Shown: positions 56,167 to 64,000 of the stretch, piece by piece
Layout: every line of letters begins with the position of its first letter
Numbering within the stretch: the first letter of the stretch is position 1
Origin: Butyrivibrio sp.
GTDB taxonomy: Bacteria > Bacillota > Clostridia > Lachnospirales > Lachnospiraceae
Assembly: GCF_017940685.1 (NCBI RefSeq)
Contig: NZ_JAGAYD010000015.1
Location: forward strand, 3,785 to 67,784
Direction: 5' to 3'
Length of the DNA: 64,000 nt
Notes under the pieces: model-generated
What the model saw: only the letters and a program-made list of their open reading frames with translations
The model's database searches: none
Told to the model about the DNA's origin: nothing
Position numbers and translations under genes: made by a program

Positions 56167-57076
56167 ACTTAATACAGAACTCTCGCTCTTGTCTCTGCCT
56201 GCAGTTATCTGGTATATAGCATTCTGCTATTTGCCTATATTTGGAGTGGCTCTGGCATTTAAGCGTTATCGCCTGGTTCCCGGAAAAAGCTTTTTCTATA
56301 GCATATTTCATGGAAGTGACTGGGTCGGATTATCTAATTTCAGGTTTCTCATGCTCAATCCTCAGATACTGAGAGTAGTCAGAAATACGCTTCTTTATAA
56401 TCTGGTATTTCTTGTTCTGGGTATAGTTGTTCCTGTTATCCTTGCTATTATTCTATCTTATATACATTCAGGACTTGTCAGGTCAATTACACAGATATGC
56501 ATGCTCCTGCCACATTTTATGTCCTGGGTTATAGTCAGCTATTTTGTCTATGCCTTTCTGTCTGCTGACAGGGGCATCATAAATAATGTCCTTAATGATC
56601 TTGGCAGATCTCCTGTTAATTTCTACCTTAAGCCGGAGGTTTGGCCTTTCGTTCTTGTTTTAGTCCATCTTTGGAAGACAGCTGGGTATTCTATGCTCAT
56701 ATATTACGCAAATATTTGTGGAATTGACTCGGATTTATATGACTGTGCAGCTATAGACGGGGCTTCTGTAAGACAGGTTGTGCGCTTCGTGATCCTGCCC
56801 CAGCTTAAGAATATTGTGGTGGTGCTGATGCTTCTGAATCTGGGCCATATTCTTTCCACGGATTTTGGCCTGTTTTATCAGGTCACACGTAATGCAGGGT
56901 CGCTGCTTAGTACCACTGAGACTATTGATGTTTTTGTCTATAAAGCACTGATGGAACAGTCCAATTACGGCTTTTCTGCAGCTGCCAGCCTTATCCAGAA
57001 CGGGATCGGATGCATATTGTTGCTTTTTGCCAGCCGTATGGTATCCCTGGTAGACCCGGAGGGAGGTATTATATGA
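56141..57076 (+). CDS. Sugar ABC permease (LplB-like)
   Basis: LPHFMSWVIV; EAA-like loop AAIDGAS. Confidence 0.88.
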   Translation: MKKKRSSHKLNTELSLLSLPAVIWYIAFCYLPIFGVALAFKRYRLVPGKSFFYSIFHGSDWVGLSNFRFLMLNPQILRVVRNTLLYNLVFLVLGIVVPVILAIILSYIHSGLVRSITQICMLLPHFMSWVIVSYFVYAFLSADRGIINNVLNDLGRSPVNFYLKPEVWPFVLVLVHLWKTAGYSMLIYYANICGIDSDLYDCAAIDGASVRQVVRFVILPQLKNIVVVLMLLNLGHILSTDFGLFYQVTRNAGSLLSTTETIDVFVYKALMEQSNYGFSAAASLIQNGIGCILLLFASRMVSLVDPEGGII

Positions 57077-57987
57077 GAAACGCGCAATCTGAGGGCTACA
57101 TCAAAGGATTAAACAAAAAATCCAATATTTTCCTGAGCTTTTTGATGCTGCTTTTGTCGGGATTCATGATCATTCCGGTTATTTTGATTCTTGCCATATC
57201 TTTTTCATCTGAAGATGCGATCGCCAAAAACGGATACAGGTTTGTGCCGGCTGAGTGGTCCACTGACGCATACAGTTATATTCTAAAAAGTGCGGACAGT
57301 ATAATAAGGGCTTTCGGACTGACGTTCTTTCTGACACTGATAGGAACGGTACTTTCCCTGTTTCTTATCAGTACTGTGGCCTATGTGCTGAGTAACAGAG
57401 ATTACAGCCTGAGGCAGGTTCTTACATGGCTTATTGTAATCCCTATGTTCTTTAGCGGCGGCCTGGCGGCTTCTTATGCAGTCAACACCCAGTTGTTTGG
57501 GATAAAGAATTCTTTTCTGGCGCTATTCCTTCCCGGAGCATGTTCGAGCTGGTATGTAATAGTGATGCGGACTTATTTTATGAAGAATATTCCTGAGGAG
57601 GTCCTAGAAGCAGCAAGACTCGATGGCGCATCGTCATTCAGGCTTTATTTTGGTTTTGTGCTTCCTATGTCAAAGCCTATCCTGCTTACAGTTGGAATAT
57701 TTGAAGCCTTCACATACTGGAACAGCTGGTATGAAAACCTCATCTATACAGATTCTGCCCACAGCAGGCTGTACACGCTTCAGTACATTTTGTACAACAT
57801 GGAAAAAAATGCATCATACCTGTCGTCAAATGAGAACATAAGCGGGGCTGTGATGAACTCTGTTCCGACAGAGTCTCTCAGGATGGCGCTTGCCAGCATA
57901 ATTATCATTCCGGTAATAGTAGTTTATCCGTTTTTCAGGAAGCATTTTCTTAGGGGACTTAATGCGGGAGCAGGGAAATGTACTTAA
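57073..57987 (+). CDS. Sugar ABC permease (LplC-like)
   Basis: EAARLDGAS; YWNSW. Confidence 0.88.
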   Translation: MRNAQSEGYIKGLNKKSNIFLSFLMLLLSGFMIIPVILILAISFSSEDAIAKNGYRFVPAEWSTDAYSYILKSADSIIRAFGLTFFLTLIGTVLSLFLISTVAYVLSNRDYSLRQVLTWLIVIPMFFSGGLAASYAVNTQLFGIKNSFLALFLPGACSSWYVIVMRTYFMKNIPEEVLEAARLDGASSFRLYFGFVLPMSKPILLTVGIFEAFTYWNSWYENLIYTDSAHSRLYTLQYILYNMEKNASYLSSNENISGAVMNSVPTESLRMALASIIIIPVIVVYPFFRKHFLRGLNAGAGKCT

Positions 57988-58020
57988 AGACACTAACTAG
58001 ATATATTCAAAAGATCAATC

Positions 58021-58096
58021 ACTAAAAGAGTCTTCATACGATAATTATAAAATATTTTTTGCCACAATTTCTTTTCCCTCGTATAAATAACTGTAA
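58021..58096 (+). repeat. Chimeric promoter block with a cysteine-hydrolase 5' remnant
   Basis: 58021-66 matches 43586-631 (45/46); 58055-96 matches 46941-82 (39/42); contains ttgcca-N17-tataaa. Confidence 0.85.
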
Positions 58097-58188
58097 GGTT
58101 TTGTATAACAGAAGTAACAAAAAAGCAACTCGTGATTTATGGAGACAATACCCGCTGTTTTGTACACTGATAGCGGAGGTGATGAGAG

Positions 58189-58860
58189 ATGATTTTTTCA
58201 GAAAAACTGCAGATACTCAGAAAGAATAAAGGATACACGCAAGAGGCGCTTGCAGATAAGCTTGGCGTTTCAAGACAGGCAGTTGCAAAATGGGAATCTG
58301 GACAGATATATCCTGATATTTCTAATCTGATCCAAATCAGTGATCTAATGAGCGTTAGTGTTGATTATCTAGTTAAAGATAATGACTGTGCTGTGAATAT
58401 CAAGTCTCAGCCGAAAACTGACCTGGATGAATTGATAGCATTCAGACTGGAAGCAAATGTCAACACCTATGCAGCTTTCAAGAATGAGGTCAATGCTACC
58501 AGACCTGCCTCACACGATTTCAGATATGAGAACGGTAAATATGTTTACCACGACACCTATGTCGGTGGAGAGGAATTTGCAGGAGAAGAGGCGATTTGGA
58601 AGGATGGGCAAGCTGTTTACGCCATGAATTACATGGGGCGAGTGCTGGAAGATGGCTTCAGTGGGAACTTCCTGAAAGAGGCTCTGAGAGCAGCAGATGA
58701 AAAGATGCCATATAGAGGACCGGAAATTCATCAAGCTGGCGAATATACATACAGGTGTAAAGTGACCGGTGATTTTACCTGGTTTCAGGGATGTGAAGAG
58801 ATATATCAGGGTGACAAGAAAGTATACGAATGCGTATTCCATGGCGGATTACTGAGATAA
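58189..58860 (+). CDS. XRE HTH regulator fused to a DUF5680-like domain
   Basis: VSRQAVAKWESG HTH; YHDTYVGGEEFAGEE...PYRGP. Confidence 0.8.
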   Translation: MIFSEKLQILRKNKGYTQEALADKLGVSRQAVAKWESGQIYPDISNLIQISDLMSVSVDYLVKDNDCAVNIKSQPKTDLDELIAFRLEANVNTYAAFKNEVNATRPASHDFRYENGKYVYHDTYVGGEEFAGEEAIWKDGQAVYAMNYMGRVLEDGFSGNFLKEALRAADEKMPYRGPEIHQAGEYTYRCKVTGDFTWFQGCEEIYQGDKKVYECVFHGGLLR

Positions 58861-58873
58861 CATAGTCGATAGA

Positions 58874-59260
58874 TTAAGACCTCATGCAGTTTCGGCTGCA
58901 TGAGGTCTTATATATCGATAATAGGCTTATGAGCACTAATGTTGCGCCTGCAATAGGATAAACAATTATCAGTCGGTTTGTTGTGCCATAGATTTCCAAG
59001 ACTCCTTTAAATAGACAGCCTATGCTTAATGTGGCTATGGCTGTATTCCAGATATTAGCAAAGGCTTTGCCAGGAAATCTATTTAAAATGAGCATCACTT
59101 CATAAGGCAAAACACCCATGATAAGTGGTACTGCAAAGCCGTAAATCATGTAGTAAGATGTTACGCCATGGCTGAATAATTCATATATGGCGCCAAAGAG
59201 TGCAAGAAATGTTGCCCATACAGTATTGTATAATAAGTTCTTCTTTAGTTCTTTTTCCAT
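58874..59260 (-). CDS. Membrane protein
   Basis: 128 aa with about four TM segments; GAIYELFSHGV. Confidence 0.7.
   Translation of the reverse strand: MEKELKKNLLYNTVWATFLALFGAIYELFSHGVTSYYMIYGFAVPLIMGVLPYEVMLILNRFPGKAFANIWNTAIATLSIGCLFKGVLEIYGTTNRLIIVYPIAGATLVLISLLSIYKTSCSRNCMRS
58875..58910. terminator. Bidirectional terminator hairpin
   Basis: 15-bp perfect stem taagacctcatgcag/ctgcatgaggtctta between convergent genes. Confidence 0.75.
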
Positions 59261-59294
59261 AGTCAGGTCCTTTCTGATCGTTCATTGCCGGTCC

Positions 59295-61400
59295 TCAAAT
59301 ATATACGATATCGCTTACACTTCGTTCTTTGATGCTTCCGCCGGAAGTAGGATTGTTGATGACATAACCATTGAAATACATAGTAGATGATCCGCCTCCG
59401 TCAAGGTTGTAAGCAGTGGTTACCCCCAGATCTTTCATGAAGTTTGCCAGCTCATAAAGGCTTAAGCCTTCGCTTTCATCGGTCCTTCCATCTGATACCA
59501 CAAAAACAAAATGATTGGCATCAATGACTCCGATGGCAGTTCGAGGATTGCTGGTCTTGGCCCGATCAACCTCAGTGTTTGTGTCTACTGCAACCTCACT
59601 GTTTTCTATAAGAGCAGGGCCGAATGTAAATGCCTGCCAGACACCCATTGAAACCAGTTCCTCTGCCGTATATTCGGCATCATTTACTACTTCCATTGTG
59701 CCGTCGGCATATATGCACAACACGTCGGACCCATTTGCCGTGCTTCTATAAACAACACCATTTCTTATTACATATCCACTTTCCTGAACTCCGTAATAGT
59801 CTCCGTTTATGGCCAGCACAGCATCGTTGTCTTCTGCGATAGATGAAGTGGTTGCCGTTACATTTTTTCCATAGGTATCATCGGCAAAAGCGGTCTTTAA
59901 ATACCTGGCTGAAGAGAGGGTTACGTCGGCAACATAGATCTTAGTGCCATTCTGATAATAATCAGACAGGGTTATGGTGTAGTCATCTGTAGATACGGTA
60001 TTTTCCCCGGAATACTCGCCGGCTGAAGCCGTAACCGCGGAGGTGGCTGAAGTATCATCAGATGTGCCACTGGTTTTGGCAGATGAGGAATGCTGTCTTC
60101 CGGAGCCTTTCCTGTGTTTTGTTGTGGTGCTGTCTGATGCGTCAGCTGAATCCCCAGAGGTATTGGCAGTCGCTTCAGATTCAGAGGATTCATCTGTCAA
60201 AAGAACTGTTTCTGCCTCTGATGTACCGGAAGGACTCTCAATATCTGCAAACATTGCGGTGTTTATTTCTGTGGCATTTGTATCATATCCTTTGCTTATA
60301 ACAAAGGTGTCCAGTGTGATGTAGATTGTAAAAGTGGTTAGCAGAATGGCTGAAACTACCGGCCAAAGATTCTTTTTCATGCTGTGATTCCTTCCTTTCG
60401 TGAAAATAAATCTTCGCTGGATGAGATAGCTGAGCGCAAAAAGAACTATCTCTGTGAGTATCTTTGCTGTATAGTACGGCATATTCATGCCGGTTAACAT
60501 CTCTAAGATCAAGGTGTTGCATATAATAATAAACGCAGCAAGAAGTGCATATTTGAGCGCGGAAGCTGCGCCTGATCGAGATTTAAAGACTTTTCTTTTG
60601 TTAATGGTGTAGTTTATGGTGCCACTGAATATCCTTGCTGTGACATTTGCGAAAACTAAAGATAATCCCAGAGCGGATAGCAGACAGAATAAGCAGTAGT
60701 CTACGATGAAGCTTACAAAGGATGATGCGGAGAACTTCAGTATCTCGCGGTAAATCAGGAATGAATCCTTTACGGCATTAAAATGTGAGGACTTATTGTC
60801 ATCAATATATACAGTACTTATCCAAACTTCCTTTATTTCAACACCTTCCCTGGGAAGCGCTGTGAGCATGTTCATTTCGTATTCATAGCGTGATCCGTCA
60901 ATTTCTATAAGTCTCGGGATAAGCTTGTCGCTGAATGCACGAAGTCCTGTCTGAGTATCATAAACACTGATTCCTGTTGATAATCTGTAAACAAATCTAG
61001 TAATGGCATTCCCAGCCAGGCTTTTAAAAGGCACCTTGCCTTCCATTTTGCGGCTTCCGAGAATGAGGCATGAACGATTCTGTTCAGAAGCCTGCGCCAC
61101 GCGAATAACATCTTCGATCCTATGCTGCCCATCTGCGTCGACAGTGACAATGGTATAGGGAGCCTCATACACGCTGTTTATGAATTTAAGACCCGTTTTC
61201 AGCGCTTTACCTTTTCCCTGGTTTTTCTCATGACAAAGCACTTTGGCATATCGTGAAGACTCTTCAAATACTTTGATGCAATCATCTGAACTGCCATCAT
61301 TTACGATGATTATTTCAAAACCTGCTTCATATAGCTGCCTGACAATTGTAATCAGTTTGTCATCCGGCATATAGGCGGGAATCAGGGCAATTCTCTTCAT
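59295..61400 (-). CDS. GT2 glycosyltransferase-GtrA-phosphodiester glycosidase (NAGPA) fusion ORF
   Basis: IPAY, VNDGS, DADGQH GT2 motifs; GtrA TM block; NPRTAIG and NLDGGGS NAGPA motifs; internal RBS and ATG at 60380. Confidence 0.85.
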   Translation of the reverse strand: MKRIALIPAYMPDDKLITIVRQLYEAGFEIIIVNDGSSDDCIKVFEESSRYAKVLCHEKNQGKGKALKTGLKFINSVYEAPYTIVTVDADGQHRIEDVIRVAQASEQNRSCLILGSRKMEGKVPFKSLAGNAITRFVYRLSTGISVYDTQTGLRAFSDKLIPRLIEIDGSRYEYEMNMLTALPREGVEIKEVWISTVYIDDNKSSHFNAVKDSFLIYREILKFSASSFVSFIVDYCLFCLLSALGLSLVFANVTARIFSGTINYTINKRKVFKSRSGAASALKYALLAAFIIICNTLILEMLTGMNMPYYTAKILTEIVLFALSYLIQRRFIFTKGRNHSMKKNLWPVVSAILLTTFTIYITLDTFVISKGYDTNATEINTAMFADIESPSGTSEAETVLLTDESSESEATANTSGDSADASDSTTTKHRKGSGRQHSSSAKTSGTSDDTSATSAVTASAGEYSGENTVSTDDYTITLSDYYQNGTKIYVADVTLSSARYLKTAFADDTYGKNVTATTSSIAEDNDAVLAINGDYYGVQESGYVIRNGVVYRSTANGSDVLCIYADGTMEVVNDAEYTAEELVSMGVWQAFTFGPALIENSEVAVDTNTEVDRAKTSNPRTAIGVIDANHFVFVVSDGRTDESEGLSLYELANFMKDLGVTTAYNLDGGGSSTMYFNGYVINNPTSGGSIKERSVSDIVYI

Positions 61401-61617
61401 ATCCTCTTTACCTCCTTCATTCAGGTGGTTGCATCTTATGAGAGAATTGTATTCCAGGAACCTAAAAAGAACTTAAAAGCAACAAAGGTTATTCATATGG
61501 GAGATTTTTTTAATACTTATTTAAGACCGTCGAATAACGAAATATTGTAGAATTAAAGAGTCATATGTTAATCATATTCGTTGCAATGGCTAGGTACCGG
61601 AGCATGTAGGAGGTAAT

Positions 61618-62646
61618 ATGAATAAGAAAGCAAAAGCAGTTTTACTATCACTGATCTTTATGGCGACGATGTTTTTTCAGAGTGCTATCAGAGTAGAAGC
61701 GGTAAATATCCTTCCTTTTACCAGTGCTTTGGATTATTCCAGGTCTGAAAACTGGCTATATGACGGAGCTTATCCAGAAAATGGCGTGGATGTTTTCATG
61801 GTTGCGCCATCAGTGGATACCAAAAGTGAAGTGAATTCTACTATGACTGATGGCTACAAAAGAGCTTTCAGAAATGCGATGAACCAGCAACAGGCTATAT
61901 ATGCTAAAACAGCCAGAATCTATGCGCCTTATTACAGGCAGGCAGCGCTGAATGTATATTCATTTACCGATTTGGCAGCAAGAGAAAAAGCAATGCAGAA
62001 TGCATACATAGATGTTTCGGCCGCATTTAAGTATTATCTTGAGCATAAAAATAATGGAAGACCTCTGATACTTGCAGGCTTTTCTCAGGGAGCTGATATG
62101 TGCTACAGGATTCTGCAAGAGTATTATGGCGGAGATGGTGATAGAGCTGTTTCGCTGCGTGAAAACCTAATTGCTGTTTATGCAATTGGCTGGGATATGA
62201 CAGAGGAAATGATAGCAGAATGCCCACAGATTGTACCTGCCCAAAACGAGACGGATACAGGCGTTGTCATCAGCTTTGATTGTGAGGATGGCACTGTTAC
62301 AGATTCCGTCATCACACCTGCAGGAACCAAGGCGCTTTCCATAAATCCATTAAACTGGAAAACGGACTCTTCAAAGGCTAGCAAAAGTCTTAATAAGGGC
62401 TCTGTTACCCAGGACAGTAAAACCGGTGCAATAACTTCTGTTGAAACGGGAAAGTATGGTGCTTACATTGACCCGGAAAGGGGAACCCTCATTGTAACCG
62501 GGATAGACACAAACGAATATCCTGCAGGACTTGCCATTTTTCCTACCGGAAGTCTTCATCTGTATGACAATTTCCTGTTTTTCGTGAATCTACAGGATAA
62601 TGTACAAAAGAGGACAGATAGCTTTTTGATGCGAAAGAGAAAATAG
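61618..62646 (+). CDS. Secreted DUF3089 alpha/beta hydrolase
   Basis: Signal peptide; APYYRQ, GFSQG, INPLNW, LHLYD. Confidence 0.85.
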   Translation: MNKKAKAVLLSLIFMATMFFQSAIRVEAVNILPFTSALDYSRSENWLYDGAYPENGVDVFMVAPSVDTKSEVNSTMTDGYKRAFRNAMNQQQAIYAKTARIYAPYYRQAALNVYSFTDLAAREKAMQNAYIDVSAAFKYYLEHKNNGRPLILAGFSQGADMCYRILQEYYGGDGDRAVSLRENLIAVYAIGWDMTEEMIAECPQIVPAQNETDTGVVISFDCEDGTVTDSVITPAGTKALSINPLNWKTDSSKASKSLNKGSVTQDSKTGAITSVETGKYGAYIDPERGTLIVTGIDTNEYPAGLAIFPTGSLHLYDNFLFFVNLQDNVQKRTDSFLMRKRK

Positions 62647-62656
62647 GTGTCACAGT

Positions 62657-63244
62657 ATGGATGAAAGACTGAAAAGGCAGATGGAGTTTGCCTTAGAGAT
62701 AGACAAAGAGAAGAATGTTTTCAGGCAGACGCATTTGTCCGGACATGGAAGAAATGAGAATGATGCAGAACACGCTTGGCATATGGCGATTATGGCTTAT
62801 CTTTTAAAAGAGTATTCGAATGAGTCTGTAGATATATCAAGAGTCATGATCATGTGTCTTATCCACGATATTGTTGAGATAGATGCTGGTGATACCTATG
62901 CTTATGACAGTGAGGGGCTTATTACACAGAAAGCGAGAGAGGATGCTGCCAAGGAACGGATATTTTCTCTTTTACCTGAAGATCAGAAGGCGGAATTGAT
63001 AGCTCTTTTTGATGAGTTTGAAGAAAATAAGACTGCGGAAGCAAAGTTTGCTCATGCCATGGATAACCTTCAACCGCTTATGCTTAATAACAGTAATGGC
63101 GGTGCAGACTGGAGAGAGCATGGTGTTACAAAGGACCAGGTTTATGGTAGACAGTCCAAGACTAGAGAGGGTTCTGAGAAACTTTTTGAGCTGACAGATA
63201 GAATAATCAGGCAGCATATTGAGAGTGGGAACATAAAGGAATAA
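62657..63244 (+). CDS. HD-domain hydrolase (YfbR/5'-deoxynucleotidase-like)
   Basis: ENDAEHAWH, LIHDIVE, AMD. Confidence 0.88.
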   Translation: MDERLKRQMEFALEIDKEKNVFRQTHLSGHGRNENDAEHAWHMAIMAYLLKEYSNESVDISRVMIMCLIHDIVEIDAGDTYAYDSEGLITQKAREDAAKERIFSLLPEDQKAELIALFDEFEENKTAEAKFAHAMDNLQPLMLNNSNGGADWREHGVTKDQVYGRQSKTREGSEKLFELTDRIIRQHIESGNIKE

Positions 63245-63294
63245 GGAGACAGGCTAACAGAGCACTCTGAGACGTGAAAAGGAGGAATAAAACT

Positions 63295-63639
63295 ATGCCA
63301 TTCATTGATTCAAAAGTAAGCGTAAAGGTAACACCTGAGCAGAGAAAAGAGCTCAAGGAAAGGCTTGGACAGGCTATCTCATTGCTTCCAGGAAAGAGCG
63401 AGAGCTGGCTGATGGTCGACTTATCTGATGAGCAGGATATGTACTTCAGAGGCGATGGAGAGCAGCCTACAGCTTTTATTGGCGTAAGTATTTACGGGGA
63501 TCCGGACAGCGGCGCATTTGGCAGGCTGACTGGTGAACTCACCAAGATTTACGACGAAGTTCTCGGGATAGCGCCTGATCACATCTATGTAAAATATGCC
63601 ACAACCCACGACTGGGGCTGGAACGGAAACAATTTCTGA
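63295..63639 (+). CDS. MIF/tautomerase-family protein
   Basis: MPFI N-terminal Pro; GKSESWLM; WGWNG; RBS aggagg. Confidence 0.85.
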   Translation: MPFIDSKVSVKVTPEQRKELKERLGQAISLLPGKSESWLMVDLSDEQDMYFRGDGEQPTAFIGVSIYGDPDSGAFGRLTGELTKIYDEVLGIAPDHIYVKYATTHDWGWNGNNF

Positions 63640-63700
63640 TATAGCTCTTTTGTCCGAAAACAGGGACTTGTCTGAAATTCAAAATCAAAATCTGTGTAAA

Positions 63701-63742
63701 ACAGACCTAAATCAGTGAATCTGGTTTGAGGTCTGTTTTTTT
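63701..63742 (+). terminator. Terminator hairpin
   Basis: aaacagacct...aggtctgttt with inner stem, followed by a T-tract. Confidence 0.7.
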
Positions 63743-63815
63743 GCGTGTTACAGAAGTGCAACTCGTGAGTCAAAGAGGATGTTTCCAGGAATTGTGCCAT
63801 ATAATTATAAATTTC

Positions 63816-63950
63816 AAAAAGGGGTACCAATAAAATTTGGAAATTAGCCTGTTTTTTGTACCATATAGTGCGAAAACCCAAAAGGGGTACCACAAAAATC
63901 AAATAAGCGCTCAGAAATTGACGCAAAAATGTATTTTATATGGTACCCCA
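63816..63950. repeat. Cluster of direct and inverted ggtacc-core motifs
   Basis: aaaaggggtacca at ~63817 and ~63880; gtaccatata 63858 inverted to tatatggtac 63937. Confidence 0.55.
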
Positions 63951-64000
63951 TTTTGAAAAATGCCGATTTTTGGCACAAAAATAGATCCGCCAAAATAATT

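Noticed and set aside
63661-63680. IS terminal inverted repeat (gggacttgtctgaa)
   Set aside because: No partner repeat or transposase in the window.
1-64000. tRNA or rRNA genes
   Set aside because: No cloverleaf with T-loop GTTCRA and matching acceptor stem, and no rRNA-like conserved tract was recognised by eye; tRNAscan-SE/barrnap would confirm.

Overview
Bacterial chromosome segment, most likely from a Clostridia/Lachnospiraceae (Butyrivibrio-like) genome. This is inferred from gene content, sigmaA promoters, the CIRCE element and the GAAC-N4-GTTC SOS boxes. No rRNA, tRNA, CRISPR array or transposase was seen. The first ~17.7 kb is an accessory island (AT-richer by eye, not computed). It carries two AAA ATPases with a vWA/DUF2201 partner, a PARG-type macrodomain, three XRE regulators, PIN and HEPN-like proteins, a metallophosphoesterase, and broken remnants of tpt1/kptA and a PTH2-like gene. 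It also holds three non-coding elements readable from sequence. (1) A complete retron msr-msd (15096-15262) with a stand-alone RT and no recognisable effector. (2) A DIP1984/DUF6847-like coiled-coil gene followed by a structured 3' RNA with a U-rich 7-nt periodic tract. (3) A self-contained ~220-nt transcript with 53-nt pseudoknot-like repeats. Elements 2 and 3 share a near-identical promoter/operator. The rest is a patchwork of stress, metabolic and transport genes: hipBA with three operators, a 985-aa calpain-type protein flanked by GNAT/YbjN-like genes, CIRCE-hsp20, MerR/TipA, GH13, M13 peptidase, ABC systems, a duplicated SOS-boxed small gene, a NagZ-like GH3 sugar-uptake operon and a GT2-GtrA-NAGPA fusion. 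Many short duplicated promoter/terminator junctions point to repeated local rearrangement. Family names come from motif recognition and recall, not from database searches.
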